Notes under the pieces: model-generated | Told to the model about the DNA's origin: nothing | The model's database searches: none | Seen by the model: the letters and a program-made list of their open reading frames with translations, nothing else | Shown here: positions 33,817 through 42,375 of the stretch, in pieces | Position numbering within the stretch: position 1 is the stretch's first letter | Layout: every line of letters begins with the position of its first letter | Translations under genes and position numbers: made by a program | Source: an uncultured Verrucomicrobiae bacterium | Lineage (GTDB): Bacteria > Verrucomicrobiota > Verrucomicrobiia > Limisphaerales > Palsa-1400 | NCBI GenBank assembly: GCA_963759415.1 | Contig: CAVWZG010000002.1 | Coordinates: forward strand, 823,410 to 887,409 | Reading direction: 5' to 3' | DNA: 64,000 nt

Positions 33817-33922
33817 GTTCAATGGCATTACCCAGGGTAGGCCCTCTCGGAATTGGGCCAACCCTGGGCTGAATGATCCAATCCCTCCGGGATCGAAGGA
33901 CGGCTCGCTGTTTTCGGTTGAA

Positions 33923-33997
33923 TGGCGATCCTGAGGGGAATCGAGCCCTTGCTACCGCCGTGATAGGGCGGTGTCCTAACCGCTAGACGACGGGGTC
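33923..33997 (-). tRNA. tRNA-like sequence (Glu/Asp-type body, anticodon loop CTATCAC = ATC), probably degenerate
   Basis: Minus strand: GACCCCG TC GTCT AGCGGTTA GGAC A CCGCC CTATCAC GGCGG TAGC AAGGG CTCGATT CCCCT CAGGATC G CCA. D and anticodon arms are perfect. The acceptor stem has 2 C-A mismatches, the T stem has 1 A-C mismatch and the T-loop starts with C instead of T. Confidence 0.45.
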
Positions 33998-34220
33998 ACG
34001 CAAAAAGTGCGGGCAATATACGCGTCTTTTTCCGCATATCACGGCCAACGGACTGGATGGAGCACGGTTCAAGAAGAAGCGGGCGGGAAGGCAGACGCTC
34101 ATCTCTAATCGCATCACCTCTGCGTTGGAGAAAAGATCAGGCCAGGCAACGGTATTCCTGCCGTTCAGCCAATGGGCTTGCCAAGGTTGCCGGGCGGCTG
34201 GCAAATTGGAGTGCAATCCG

Positions 34221-36266
34221 ATGCGCAGACCGGCAGCCGAGTCCAAACCTGCCATGACGAAGGCCGCCGCCTCTGTCATGGCTGGGCCGCGTTTGCCAGT
34301 GTCGCTCCTGGCCGTGTTGCTGGTGGCCGCGACCATTCTGGCTTACCAACCGGCCTGGCACGCCGGGTTTATATGGGACGACGACCACCATGTAACCAGG
34401 CCGGAATTATCTTCCCCCCATGGTCTGGGCCGGATTTGGACGGAATTTGGCGCCACCCTGCAATACTATCCATTGGTTCACAGCGTATTCTGGGTCGAAC
34501 ACAGGATTTGGGGCGAGGCGGCGGCGCCTTATCATTGGGTCAACATTTTGCTCCATGCGTTTTCGGCGTTGCTGGTGGCAAAAATTTTGCAGCGACTTGA
34601 AATTCCGGGCGCCTGGCTGGCGGCAGGCCTTTTCGCCCTGCATCCGGTCGAGGTGGAATCGGTGGCGTGGGTGTCGGAATTGAAGAATACCTTGTCCGGC
34701 GTGTTTTATCTCAGCGCGGCTCTGGTGTATCTGGGATTTGATCGAAACCGAAGAGGAAGGAATTATGTCGCGGCCTTGGGATTGTTTCTGCTGGGGTTGA
34801 TGTCGAAAACCGTTGTCGCCACCCTTCCAGCGGCGTTGCTGGTGGTGTTTTGGTGGCAACGCGGGAAATTATCGTGGAAACGGGACGTGGCGCCGCTGAG
34901 TCCGTTTTTCGCGGCAGGAATTGGAGCCGGATGGTTGACCGCATGGATGGAACGGAAATTCATCGGCGCGCAAGGCGCGGATTTTCAATTCTCCATAATC
35001 GAACGGTGTCTGATTGCCGGGCGGGACATCTGGTTTTACCTGGGCAAACTTGGCTGGCCGGCGGATTTGATTTTTATTTATCCCCGCTGGCATGTCAACC
35101 ACACTGTGTGGTGGCAATACCTTTTTCCAGCGGCGGCGCTGGCCTTGGTGGGAGTGTTGTTGTGGCGCGGGTGGCGCGGGCCGCTGGCGGCGCTGCTTTT
35201 CTTTGTTGGCACGCTCTTCCCGGCCTTGGGTTTTTTCAACGTCTATCCCTTCCGCTTTTCGTTCGTGGCGGATCATTTCCAGTATCTAGCCAGTCTCGGC
35301 CCGCTGACGTTGGCCGCGGTTGGATTGAGCGCCGCGGCCGGGTTTATTCGGGAAAGAAGGCCCATCGTCAAACCGCTGATGTGCGCAGCGCTGTTGTTGG
35401 CGTTGGGAACGTTGACATGGAAGCAATGCGCGTTGTACGCCGACGCCCAAACCCTCTGGCAAACAACCATCCGCCATAATCCAGACTGCTGGCTGGCTTG
35501 GAACAACCTCGGCGCCGTTCTGGATGGCAAAGGCCAACTCGGCGAGGCCATCAACCACCTCCAGGAAGCCATCCGGCTGAAACCGGATTATGCCGAACCC
35601 CAAAACAACCTCGGCTCCGCCCTGGGCAGGCACGGCCAAATCGACGAGGCCATCGATCACCTGCGCAAAGCCATCCGCCTGGCGCCGGGTTACGCCGAGG
35701 CCCACAACAACCTTGGCGCCATTCTGGGCAAGAAAGGCCAGCTCGACGAGGCCATAAGCCATTACCAGGAAGCCATCCATTTCAAACCGGATTTCGCCGA
35801 CGCTCACAACAACCTCGGCTCCTCCCTTGAGAAGCAAGGCCGAACCGACGAGGCGATCAGCCAGTTCCGCGAAGCCATCCGCCTAAACCCTAATTTCGCC
35901 GATGCCTTCAACAACCTCGGCGCAGTCCTTGCCAGAAATGGCCAAATCGACGAGGCGGTCAGCCGGTACCAGGAAGCCGTCCGCCTGCAACCGAATTTCG
36001 CCCAAGCCCGCTACAACCTGGGGTTGGTTTTGGGCGGAAGAGGCCAGATCGACGAGGCTCTCATTCAATTCCAGGAGGCCATCCGCTTCAAACCGGATTT
36101 CGCCGAGGCGCACAACAAGCTGGGCGCCGCCCTGGCCATGAAAGGCCAAATCGACCAGGCGATTGCGCACTACCAGGAAGCCATCCGCCTCAAACCGGAT
36201 TTCACCGAAGCCCGAAACAACCTGGACCGGGCCATGAGGACGAAAGTCGCTCCGGGCGGCCGTTGA
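34221..36266 (+). CDS. TMTC-like multi-pass membrane protein with eight very regular C-terminal TPR repeats (paralog 2)
   Basis: ILAYQPAWHAGFIWDDDHHV...YYPLVHSVFWVEHRIWG...WVNILLHAFSALLVA N-domain. From about 35480, eight 34-aa units of the form NNLGxxLxxxGQxDEAIxxxQEAIRLKPDFAEA (102-nt DNA periodicity). Start uncertain (34221, 34254 or 34278). Confidence 0.7.
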   Translation: MRRPAAESKPAMTKAAASVMAGPRLPVSLLAVLLVAATILAYQPAWHAGFIWDDDHHVTRPELSSPHGLGRIWTEFGATLQYYPLVHSVFWVEHRIWGEAAAPYHWVNILLHAFSALLVAKILQRLEIPGAWLAAGLFALHPVEVESVAWVSELKNTLSGVFYLSAALVYLGFDRNRRGRNYVAALGLFLLGLMSKTVVATLPAALLVVFWWQRGKLSWKRDVAPLSPFFAAGIGAGWLTAWMERKFIGAQGADFQFSIIERCLIAGRDIWFYLGKLGWPADLIFIYPRWHVNHTVWWQYLFPAAALALVGVLLWRGWRGPLAALLFFVGTLFPALGFFNVYPFRFSFVADHFQYLASLGPLTLAAVGLSAAAGFIRERRPIVKPLMCAALLLALGTLTWKQCALYADAQTLWQTTIRHNPDCWLAWNNLGAVLDGKGQLGEAINHLQEAIRLKPDYAEPQNNLGSALGRHGQIDEAIDHLRKAIRLAPGYAEAHNNLGAILGKKGQLDEAISHYQEAIHFKPDFADAHNNLGSSLEKQGRTDEAISQFREAIRLNPNFADAFNNLGAVLARNGQIDEAVSRYQEAVRLQPNFAQARYNLGLVLGGRGQIDEALIQFQEAIRFKPDFAEAHNKLGAALAMKGQIDQAIAHYQEAIRLKPDFTEARNNLDRAMRTKVAPGGR

Positions 36267-36325
36267 TTGGGTTAGGGCGCAGGACAGGAATCTTCGGCTT
36301 CCTTGTGACATTCGTGCTGGACTCG

Positions 36326-36410
36326 GACTTCAATCCCAGCGGGATTGGCAAAGCCAGAGTTAATCGTCCCAACATCAACCGGTATTCCACTGAAAAAAGC
36401 GAAGAACCCA
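36326..36410 (-). repeat. about 85-nt repeat, right copy of the inverted pair
   Basis: The reverse complement reads gggttcttcgcttttttcagtggaataccggttgatgttgggacgattaactctggctttgccaatcccgctgggattgaagtcc, matching 33617-33700. Confidence 0.8.
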
Positions 36411-36451
36411 TCGATCTCTGTTAATCCGGAACTGTCATAATTATAGGACTG

Positions 36452-36485
36452 ACCCCATGTCCCTTTTGACCCCATGTCCCTTTTG
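36452..36485 (+). repeat. 2 x 17-nt tandem duplication (accccatgtcccttttg)
   Basis: Exact units at 36452-36468 and 36469-36485. Confidence 0.9.
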
Positions 36486-36499
36486 TCTCCATTGGTTTT

Positions 36500-36573
36500 C
36501 CTAATCTTAATCTTAATCTTAATCCTAATCTCTCCATTTCGGGCCGAGGCGACAGAGATTAGGATTAAGAGGG
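36500..36573. repeat. hexamer-periodic palindrome, copy 2 (asymmetric arms)
   Basis: Left arm cctaatcttaatcttaatcttaatcctaatctct. Right arm agagattaggattaagagg. A 21-nt spacer. Confidence 0.8.
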
Positions 36574-36648
36574 GAAACCGAAAGGGCCGAAAGGGGCGCC
36601 GCCGAAAAAGTCCCTCGACTTTCCGCCTCTCAAGGGCCACACTGCCGC

Positions 36649-38571
36649 GTGCCACAGGAGCCTCGAGTTCTATTGCCGCCGCTCAAACCGCTGTTGGTCT
36701 TTGACGGTGATTGCCAGTTCTGCCGCCGCTGGATCGCCCGCTGGAAACATGCCGTCGGCGACGCGGTCGATTTTCTGCCATTCCAGGACGAGACCGTGAC
36801 CGGCCGGTTTCCCGAGATTCCGCGTCAAGACTTCGAAGAGGCCGTTCACTTGATCCTGCCGGATGGCTCCGTCTGCCGCGGGGCGGAAGCGGTTTTCGGT
36901 TCCCTGGCCGAAGGCGGGCGCCAGCGTTGGTTGCTTCGATTTTACCGCAAGATGCCGACGTTCGCGGACATGAGCGAATTGCTGTATGAAGAGGTGGCGC
37001 TGCACCGGACGGCGCTCTCGAAGTTGGACCGCATCTATGCCGGACCGGGCGTTGAACCGCCCGCTTATACGCGCGTGCGCTTTGTCTTTCTGCGCGGGCT
37101 GGCGCTGGTTTACCTGATCGCTTTTGGTTCGTATTGGATGCAAATGGACGGGCTGATCGGCAGGGACGGGATTATGCCGGCGCAAAGCGTGATGGCGGCG
37201 CTCAAAGTGGAGGCGGCGCAAGCCCATCTTGGCCTGGAGCGATTTCATCTGGTGCCGACGCTGGCGTGGTTGGGCGCAAGCGACCACGCGTTGCATTGGC
37301 AATGCGGCATGGGGGTGGCGTGCGCGCTGGCGTTGCTGGCGGGGTTCGCTCCGGCGGTGATGTTGTTCCTCTTGTGGGCGCTTTACCTTTCGCTGTGCGC
37401 GATTCCGGGGCCGTTCCTGAATTTCCAATGGGACGCGCTGCTGCTGGAAACGGGGTTTCTGGCAATCTTCTTCGCGCCTCTGCAATTGTGGGAACGGGCG
37501 TCGCGCCAGGCCCGGCCGCCGGCGTTGGTGTTGTGGCTTCTGCGCTGGCTGCTGTTCCGGCTTATGTTCGAATCCGGCTGTGTCAAGCTCATGAGCGCGG
37601 ATGTCTCGTGGTGGAACTGCGCCGCCTTGCAGGTGCATTATGAAACGCAGCCGCTGCCGACGTGGATCGGGTGGTACGCGCATCAATTGCCCGCCGCCGT
37701 GCAGACGTTCTGCACGGTGGTCATGTTCCTTATCGAACTGGTGGCGCCGGCCTTTATTTTTTCCGGGCGGCGGCTGCGGCTGGCGGCGGCGGGGATTTTC
37801 GCGGCGTTTCAAGTGCTGATTCTCTTGACTGGAAATTACACCTTCTTCAATTTGCTGGCCATTCTGTTGTGCGTGCCGCTGCTGGATGACAAGGCGCTGT
37901 CGTTTTTCAGGAAAGGAACCGCGGAGGAGAAGCCCCAACCGGCCGCGCGCCGGGCGGCGCGCTGGCCCTGGCCGGTGACCTTGTGTCTGACCCTGGTCAT
38001 CGTGCCGCTGACCACGATTCCGTTTCTGATGACGGCGGGTGTCAGCCAAACGTGGCCCGCGCCGGTTTTATGGCTCTATGGCTGGGAACAACCCTTTCGC
38101 ACCTTTAACGGTTACGGATTGTTCGCCGTGATGACGCCAAAGCGGCCGGAGATCATCGTCCAAGGCAGCGACGACGGACGGAACTGGAAGAGCTACGAAT
38201 TCAAGTACAAGCCGGGGGACTTGCGGCGCGCGCCGGGGTTTGTCGCCCCCTATCAGCCGCGCCTGGACTGGCAGATGTGGTTTGCCGCTTTGGAAAGGCC
38301 GCGCGACAACCCGTGGTTCTTGCGTTTCGAGTATTGTCTCTTGGAGAATTCGCCGCCGGTGCTGGCCTTGCTGGGGCCAAACCCCTTCCCCAAGGAACCG
38401 CCCAAATATGTGCGCGCGCTCTTGTACGAGTATCATTTCACCGACCGCGCCACCCGCCGCGCCACTGGCGATTGGTGGCGGCGCGAGTATAAGGGCGTCT
38501 ATGTCCCGCCGCTTTCCCTGGAGGATTTCCATCGCGCCCAAAGCCAGCCGCGAGGGGCGGGACAGATTTAA
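36649..38571 (+). CDS. fusion of a DCC1-like thiol-disulfide oxidoreductase (DUF393) and a lipase maturation factor (LMF1-like) membrane domain
   Basis: N-terminus LVFDGDCQFCRRWIARW (DxxCxxC motif of DUF393). The remaining roughly 500 aa are polytopic, with the WMQMDGLIGRDGI... and C-terminal YQPRLDWQMWFAAL... segments typical of LMF proteins. Confidence 0.7.
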   Translation: MPQEPRVLLPPLKPLLVFDGDCQFCRRWIARWKHAVGDAVDFLPFQDETVTGRFPEIPRQDFEEAVHLILPDGSVCRGAEAVFGSLAEGGRQRWLLRFYRKMPTFADMSELLYEEVALHRTALSKLDRIYAGPGVEPPAYTRVRFVFLRGLALVYLIAFGSYWMQMDGLIGRDGIMPAQSVMAALKVEAAQAHLGLERFHLVPTLAWLGASDHALHWQCGMGVACALALLAGFAPAVMLFLLWALYLSLCAIPGPFLNFQWDALLLETGFLAIFFAPLQLWERASRQARPPALVLWLLRWLLFRLMFESGCVKLMSADVSWWNCAALQVHYETQPLPTWIGWYAHQLPAAVQTFCTVVMFLIELVAPAFIFSGRRLRLAAAGIFAAFQVLILLTGNYTFFNLLAILLCVPLLDDKALSFFRKGTAEEKPQPAARRAARWPWPVTLCLTLVIVPLTTIPFLMTAGVSQTWPAPVLWLYGWEQPFRTFNGYGLFAVMTPKRPEIIVQGSDDGRNWKSYEFKYKPGDLRRAPGFVAPYQPRLDWQMWFAALERPRDNPWFLRFEYCLLENSPPVLALLGPNPFPKEPPKYVRALLYEYHFTDRATRRATGDWWRREYKGVYVPPLSLEDFHRAQSQPRGAGQI

Positions 38572-38712
38572 AGGGCTTTACTGGGGTGGAGGCGGCTTGC
38601 AGATTGTTGCCGTGTCCGGGCAACTTATCGAGAATGGGCGGGTGAACGTGCTTTCAAGCGCACCGGCTATCGATGCGTACACCTTGCCGGAACTGGAGGT
38701 TGGCTTTGCTCC

Positions 38713-39618
38713 ATGACCGTTCCCCAGCCATTCCAATACCAGGGCAGCAAGCGTGCGCTGGCAGCGCTTATTTTGACATATCTGCCCGTGAGCACCACGC
38801 GGCTGGTGGAGCCGTTCTGCGGTTCCGCCGCATTGTCCATCGCCACGGCAGCGCGCGGCCGGGCCAAGGAATTCTGGCTGAATGATTATAATGCGCCGTT
38901 GGCCAAGCTATTGTCTTTGATCGTCAACGAACCGAAAGAACTGGGAAAATTTTACCACGAACTCTGGCGGGCCGACCATGCGGATGCGCTGGAGCATTAC
39001 TATCAGGTGCGTGAGTCGTTCAACCGGACGCAGGATGCGCGGTTGCTGTTGTATCTCCTGGCCCGCTGCGTGAAGGGTGCGGTGCGCTACAACGGGGAAG
39101 GCTTGTTCAATCAAAGCCCCGACAAGCGCCGCCTAGGCACGCAGCCAGAAACCATGCAGGCCAACCTCAACGCCGTTTCGGCCTTGCTGCGCGGCAAAAC
39201 GATCGTTACCTCGTTGAGCTACGAAAATGTGCTGGCGAATGTGCGCGAGGATGACGTGGTCTATATGGACCCGCCATATCAAGGCGTCTGCGGGGAGCGC
39301 GATTCGCGATATTTCGCCGGGATTGCGTACGATGATTTCGTGGCACAACTCGCGGTACTGAACTTGAAAAACGTGCGCTATCTGGTCAGCTACGATGGGC
39401 GGCTGGGCAATCGCAGCTACGGCAAGCCGCTGCCGGCCAAGCTGCATTTGACGCTGGTGGAGATCGAAGCCGGGCGTTCCTCGCAGGCCACCCTGCTGGG
39501 CCGCGACGAAATGACGGTGGAATCTTTATATCTCTCGCACGCACTGGCGCAGGAGTTGAAAATATTTGGGCGGCGCGCAGCGCCGCCCTACCGGGAAATT
39601 TCTAGTATCTTTGGCTAG
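38713..39618 (+). CDS. DNA adenine methyltransferase, D12 (Dam) class, no adjacent restriction gene
   Basis: FQYQGSKRAL (N-terminal motif), EPFCGSAAL (SAM-binding motif) and VVYMDPPYQG (DPPY catalytic motif). Confidence 0.85.
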   Translation: MTVPQPFQYQGSKRALAALILTYLPVSTTRLVEPFCGSAALSIATAARGRAKEFWLNDYNAPLAKLLSLIVNEPKELGKFYHELWRADHADALEHYYQVRESFNRTQDARLLLYLLARCVKGAVRYNGEGLFNQSPDKRRLGTQPETMQANLNAVSALLRGKTIVTSLSYENVLANVREDDVVYMDPPYQGVCGERDSRYFAGIAYDDFVAQLAVLNLKNVRYLVSYDGRLGNRSYGKPLPAKLHLTLVEIEAGRSSQATLLGRDEMTVESLYLSHALAQELKIFGRRAAPPYREISSIFG

Positions 39619-39662
39619 GTTTTACGATGGGGCTGGCGTTCTCCCAATTCAAAGGCGTAAGA

Positions 39663-40058
39663 TCACTTGTGGTATTGTTCGTCGGTGACTTTTTCCATCC
39701 AGTTGACGAACTTGCCGTCGAGCTGTTCCTGTATGGCAATATGCGTCATGGCCGTGGCCGGGGAGGCGCCATGCCAATGCTTCTCGCCCGGCGGGAACCA
39801 GATCACATCGCCGGGATGGATATCCTCGACCGGGCCGCCCTCGCGCTGCGCCCAGCCGCAACCGGCGGTGACAATCAAGGTCTGACCGAGGGGATGGGTA
39901 TGCCACGCGGTGCGAGCGCCGGGTTCAAACGTGACACTCGCGCATGCCACCCGCGCGGGAGCGTTTGCCTGGAACAGGGGATCAATGCGCACTGTGCCGG
40001 TAAACCAATCGGCCGGTCCTTTGTTGGAAGGCTGTGAGCCGCTTTTTTTGATTTCCAT
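39663..40058 (-). CDS. cupin domain protein
   Basis: 131 aa. ...[23 protein letters not shown]...[16 protein letters not shown] matches the two cupin motifs. Confidence 0.8.
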   Translation of the reverse strand: MEIKKSGSQPSNKGPADWFTGTVRIDPLFQANAPARVACASVTFEPGARTAWHTHPLGQTLIVTAGCGWAQREGGPVEDIHPGDVIWFPPGEKHWHGASPATAMTHIAIQEQLDGKFVNWMEKVTDEQYHK

Positions 40059-40130
40059 ATTCTAATTCCTTTCACGTTGTCTGTTATATCAGGGTTCGAC
40101 AGAGTCTCACCCTACCAAGATACCACGCGC

Positions 40131-42182
40131 CTAGCTGGCTCCGGCCCGCTGCTTTCTTCCGCGGGACGGTTTTTTGTAATGGACTTCCCGTGTCGGCGTG
40201 GGGGTCTTGTCTCCGTCCGCGCCAAAATTGCTTTTCAATTCCCGGATCTGGTCGCGCAACAAGGCCGCCTTCTCGAATTCCAGGTTGTCGGAGGCTTCCA
40301 GCATCTCCTCTTGCAGGCTGCGCAAGGTCTCGGTCACGTCGAAATTGCCGCCGGTCTCGCGCAAGACCATCTCCGCCCGCTGGCGCGTGTTCTGGTAAAC
40401 GGCCAGGCTGTCCTCCACCGCCCGGCTGACGCTGCGCGGGGTGATGTGGTGCTCCTGGTTGTAGGCCAGTTGCCGCCCGCGCCGATATTCCGTCACGGCC
40501 AAAAATTTCTCGATGCTGCGCGTCCTAACCTCGGCGTAAAGGATCACTTCCCCGTGCAGATGCCGCGCCGCCCGGCCCGCCGTCTGGATCAGGCTGGTCG
40601 CGCTGCGCAGATAGCCTTCCTTGTCCGCGTCCAGGATCGCCACCAGCGAAACTTCCGGTAGGTCCAACCCTTCCCGCAGCAGGTTGATGCCCACCAGCAC
40701 GTCGAAATCCCCCTTGCGCAAGGCCCGCAGCACTTCCACCCGTTCGATGGCGTCGATTTCGCTGTGCAGGTAGCGCACGTTGACCCCCAAGTCCCGCAGG
40801 TAATCGGTCAATTCCTCCGCCGATTTCTTGGTCAGGGTGGTGACCAGCGTTCGTTCCTTGCTGGCCGTGCGCTTGCGAACTTCCTCCAGCAAGTCGTCAA
40901 TCTGGCCCTTCAACGGCTTGAGCGTGACCTTGGGATCCACCAAACCGGTCGGGCGCACGATCTGCTCCACCACCCGGCCTTGCGACCAGTTCAACTCCTG
41001 CTCCTGCGGCGTGGCGCTGAGGTAAATCGTTTGATTTTGCAGCGATTGAAATTCCTGGAAATCCAGCGGCCGGTTGTCCAGCGCGCTGGGAAGCCGGAAG
41101 CCGTGCTCGACCAGCACCGTTTTGCGCGAACGGTCCCCCGCGTGCATCCCGCCGATCTGCGGCACCGAGGCGTGCGATTCGTCAATCACCAGCAGATAAT
41201 CCTTGGGGAAAAAATCCAGCAACGTGCCTGGCCGCGAACCCGCCGGACGCCCCGCCAGGTGCCGCGAATAATTCTCGATGCCCGAGCAAAAGCCCATTTC
41301 CTCCATCATTTCCAGGTCGTATTCCGTGCGCATTTTGATGCGTTGCGCCTCCAGCAATTTGCCCCGCTGCTCGAACCACGCGATGCGGTCGCCCAACTCC
41401 TCGCGAATGGCCAGGATGGCCCGCTTGATCATCGGCTCCGGGGTGACGAATTGTTTGGCCGGGAAGATCACAATCGACGCCGGACTCTCGGTTTTTTCCC
41501 CCGTCAGCGGCTCGAAGCGCGAGAGCCGTTCAATCTCGTCGCCGAAAAACTCGATGCGCAGGCCGTCCTCGCTCCAGGAGGGCCGCAACTCGACCACGTC
41601 CCCGCGCACGCGGAATTGCCCGCGCTCGAAGGCCACGTCGTTGCGCGAGTATTGCAAATCCACCAGCCGCCCCAGCAGTTGGTCGCGCGTGACCGCCTGG
41701 CCCGTGAAGACCTGTTGCACCAGCGCCTCGTAATTTTCCTTGCTACCGATGCCGTAAATGCACGACACGCTGGCCACGACGATCACGTCCCGCCGAGTCA
41801 AAAGCGAACTCATGGTCGAGAGGCGCATCCGCTCGATCTCCTCATTGATGCTGGAATCCTTTTCGATGAAGGTATCGGTGCGCGGGATGTAGGCTTCCGG
41901 CTGGTAATAATCGAAGTAGCTGACGAAATACTCGACCGCGTTGCCGGGAAAGAAGCTCTTGAACTCCGCGTAGAGCTGGGCGGCCAGCGTCTTGTTATGG
42001 GAGATGACCAGCGTCGGTTTATTCGCGTTCTGGATGACATTGGCGACCGTAAAAGTCTTCCCCGATCCGGTCACGCCGACGAGCGTTTGGTGTTTGGCCC
42101 CGGCCAACACCCCCTCCGTGAGCCGTGTGATCGCCTGAGGCTGATCGCCGGCCGGCTGATAAGGCGCGGACAACTCGAACAT
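40131..42182 (-). CDS. uvrB: excinuclease ABC subunit B
   Basis: 683 aa. GVTGSGKTF Walker [10 protein letters not shown] helicase motif and a C-terminal UVR domain ...[15 protein letters not shown]. Confidence 0.95.
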   Translation of the reverse strand: MFELSAPYQPAGDQPQAITRLTEGVLAGAKHQTLVGVTGSGKTFTVANVIQNANKPTLVISHNKTLAAQLYAEFKSFFPGNAVEYFVSYFDYYQPEAYIPRTDTFIEKDSSINEEIERMRLSTMSSLLTRRDVIVVASVSCIYGIGSKENYEALVQQVFTGQAVTRDQLLGRLVDLQYSRNDVAFERGQFRVRGDVVELRPSWSEDGLRIEFFGDEIERLSRFEPLTGEKTESPASIVIFPAKQFVTPEPMIKRAILAIREELGDRIAWFEQRGKLLEAQRIKMRTEYDLEMMEEMGFCSGIENYSRHLAGRPAGSRPGTLLDFFPKDYLLVIDESHASVPQIGGMHAGDRSRKTVLVEHGFRLPSALDNRPLDFQEFQSLQNQTIYLSATPQEQELNWSQGRVVEQIVRPTGLVDPKVTLKPLKGQIDDLLEEVRKRTASKERTLVTTLTKKSAEELTDYLRDLGVNVRYLHSEIDAIERVEVLRALRKGDFDVLVGINLLREGLDLPEVSLVAILDADKEGYLRSATSLIQTAGRAARHLHGEVILYAEVRTRSIEKFLAVTEYRRGRQLAYNQEHHITPRSVSRAVEDSLAVYQNTRQRAEMVLRETGGNFDVTETLRSLQEEMLEASDNLEFEKAALLRDQIRELKSNFGADGDKTPTPTREVHYKKPSRGRKQRAGAS

Positions 42183-42248
42183 AAACGATTAACGTACGAA
42201 GCCCGCGCCCACCTGTCAAACCCGCCGGGCTGGTGTTTTGCCGTTCCT

Positions 42249-42319
42249 ATAATCTTAATCTTAATCTTAATCCTGATCCTAATCGGAAGAGATTAAGATT
42301 AGGATTAGGATTAAGAGGG
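42249..42319. repeat. hexamer-periodic palindrome, copy 3, in the divergent uvrB / CII-like promoter region
   Basis: ataatcttaatcttaatcttaatcctgatcctaatc ggaaga gattaagattaggattaggattaagaggg. Confidence 0.8.
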
Positions 42320-42375
42320 AAAACCAAAGGGAATCCATCTTGCCGATGGTGTTGCCTTCCCTTATTCTCCTGGAC

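Noticed and set aside
33207-39618. Integrated mobile element bounded by the tRNA-like sequence (with the Dam methylase as cargo)
   Set aside because: No integrase, transposase, phage or conjugation genes. No direct repeat of the tRNA 3-prime end found by eye. The intervening genes (TMTC-like, LMF fusion) look chromosomal.
40764-42296. 510-aa + ORF
   Set aside because: Antisense to uvrB. It ends inside the hexamer repeat (ILILILIL tail).
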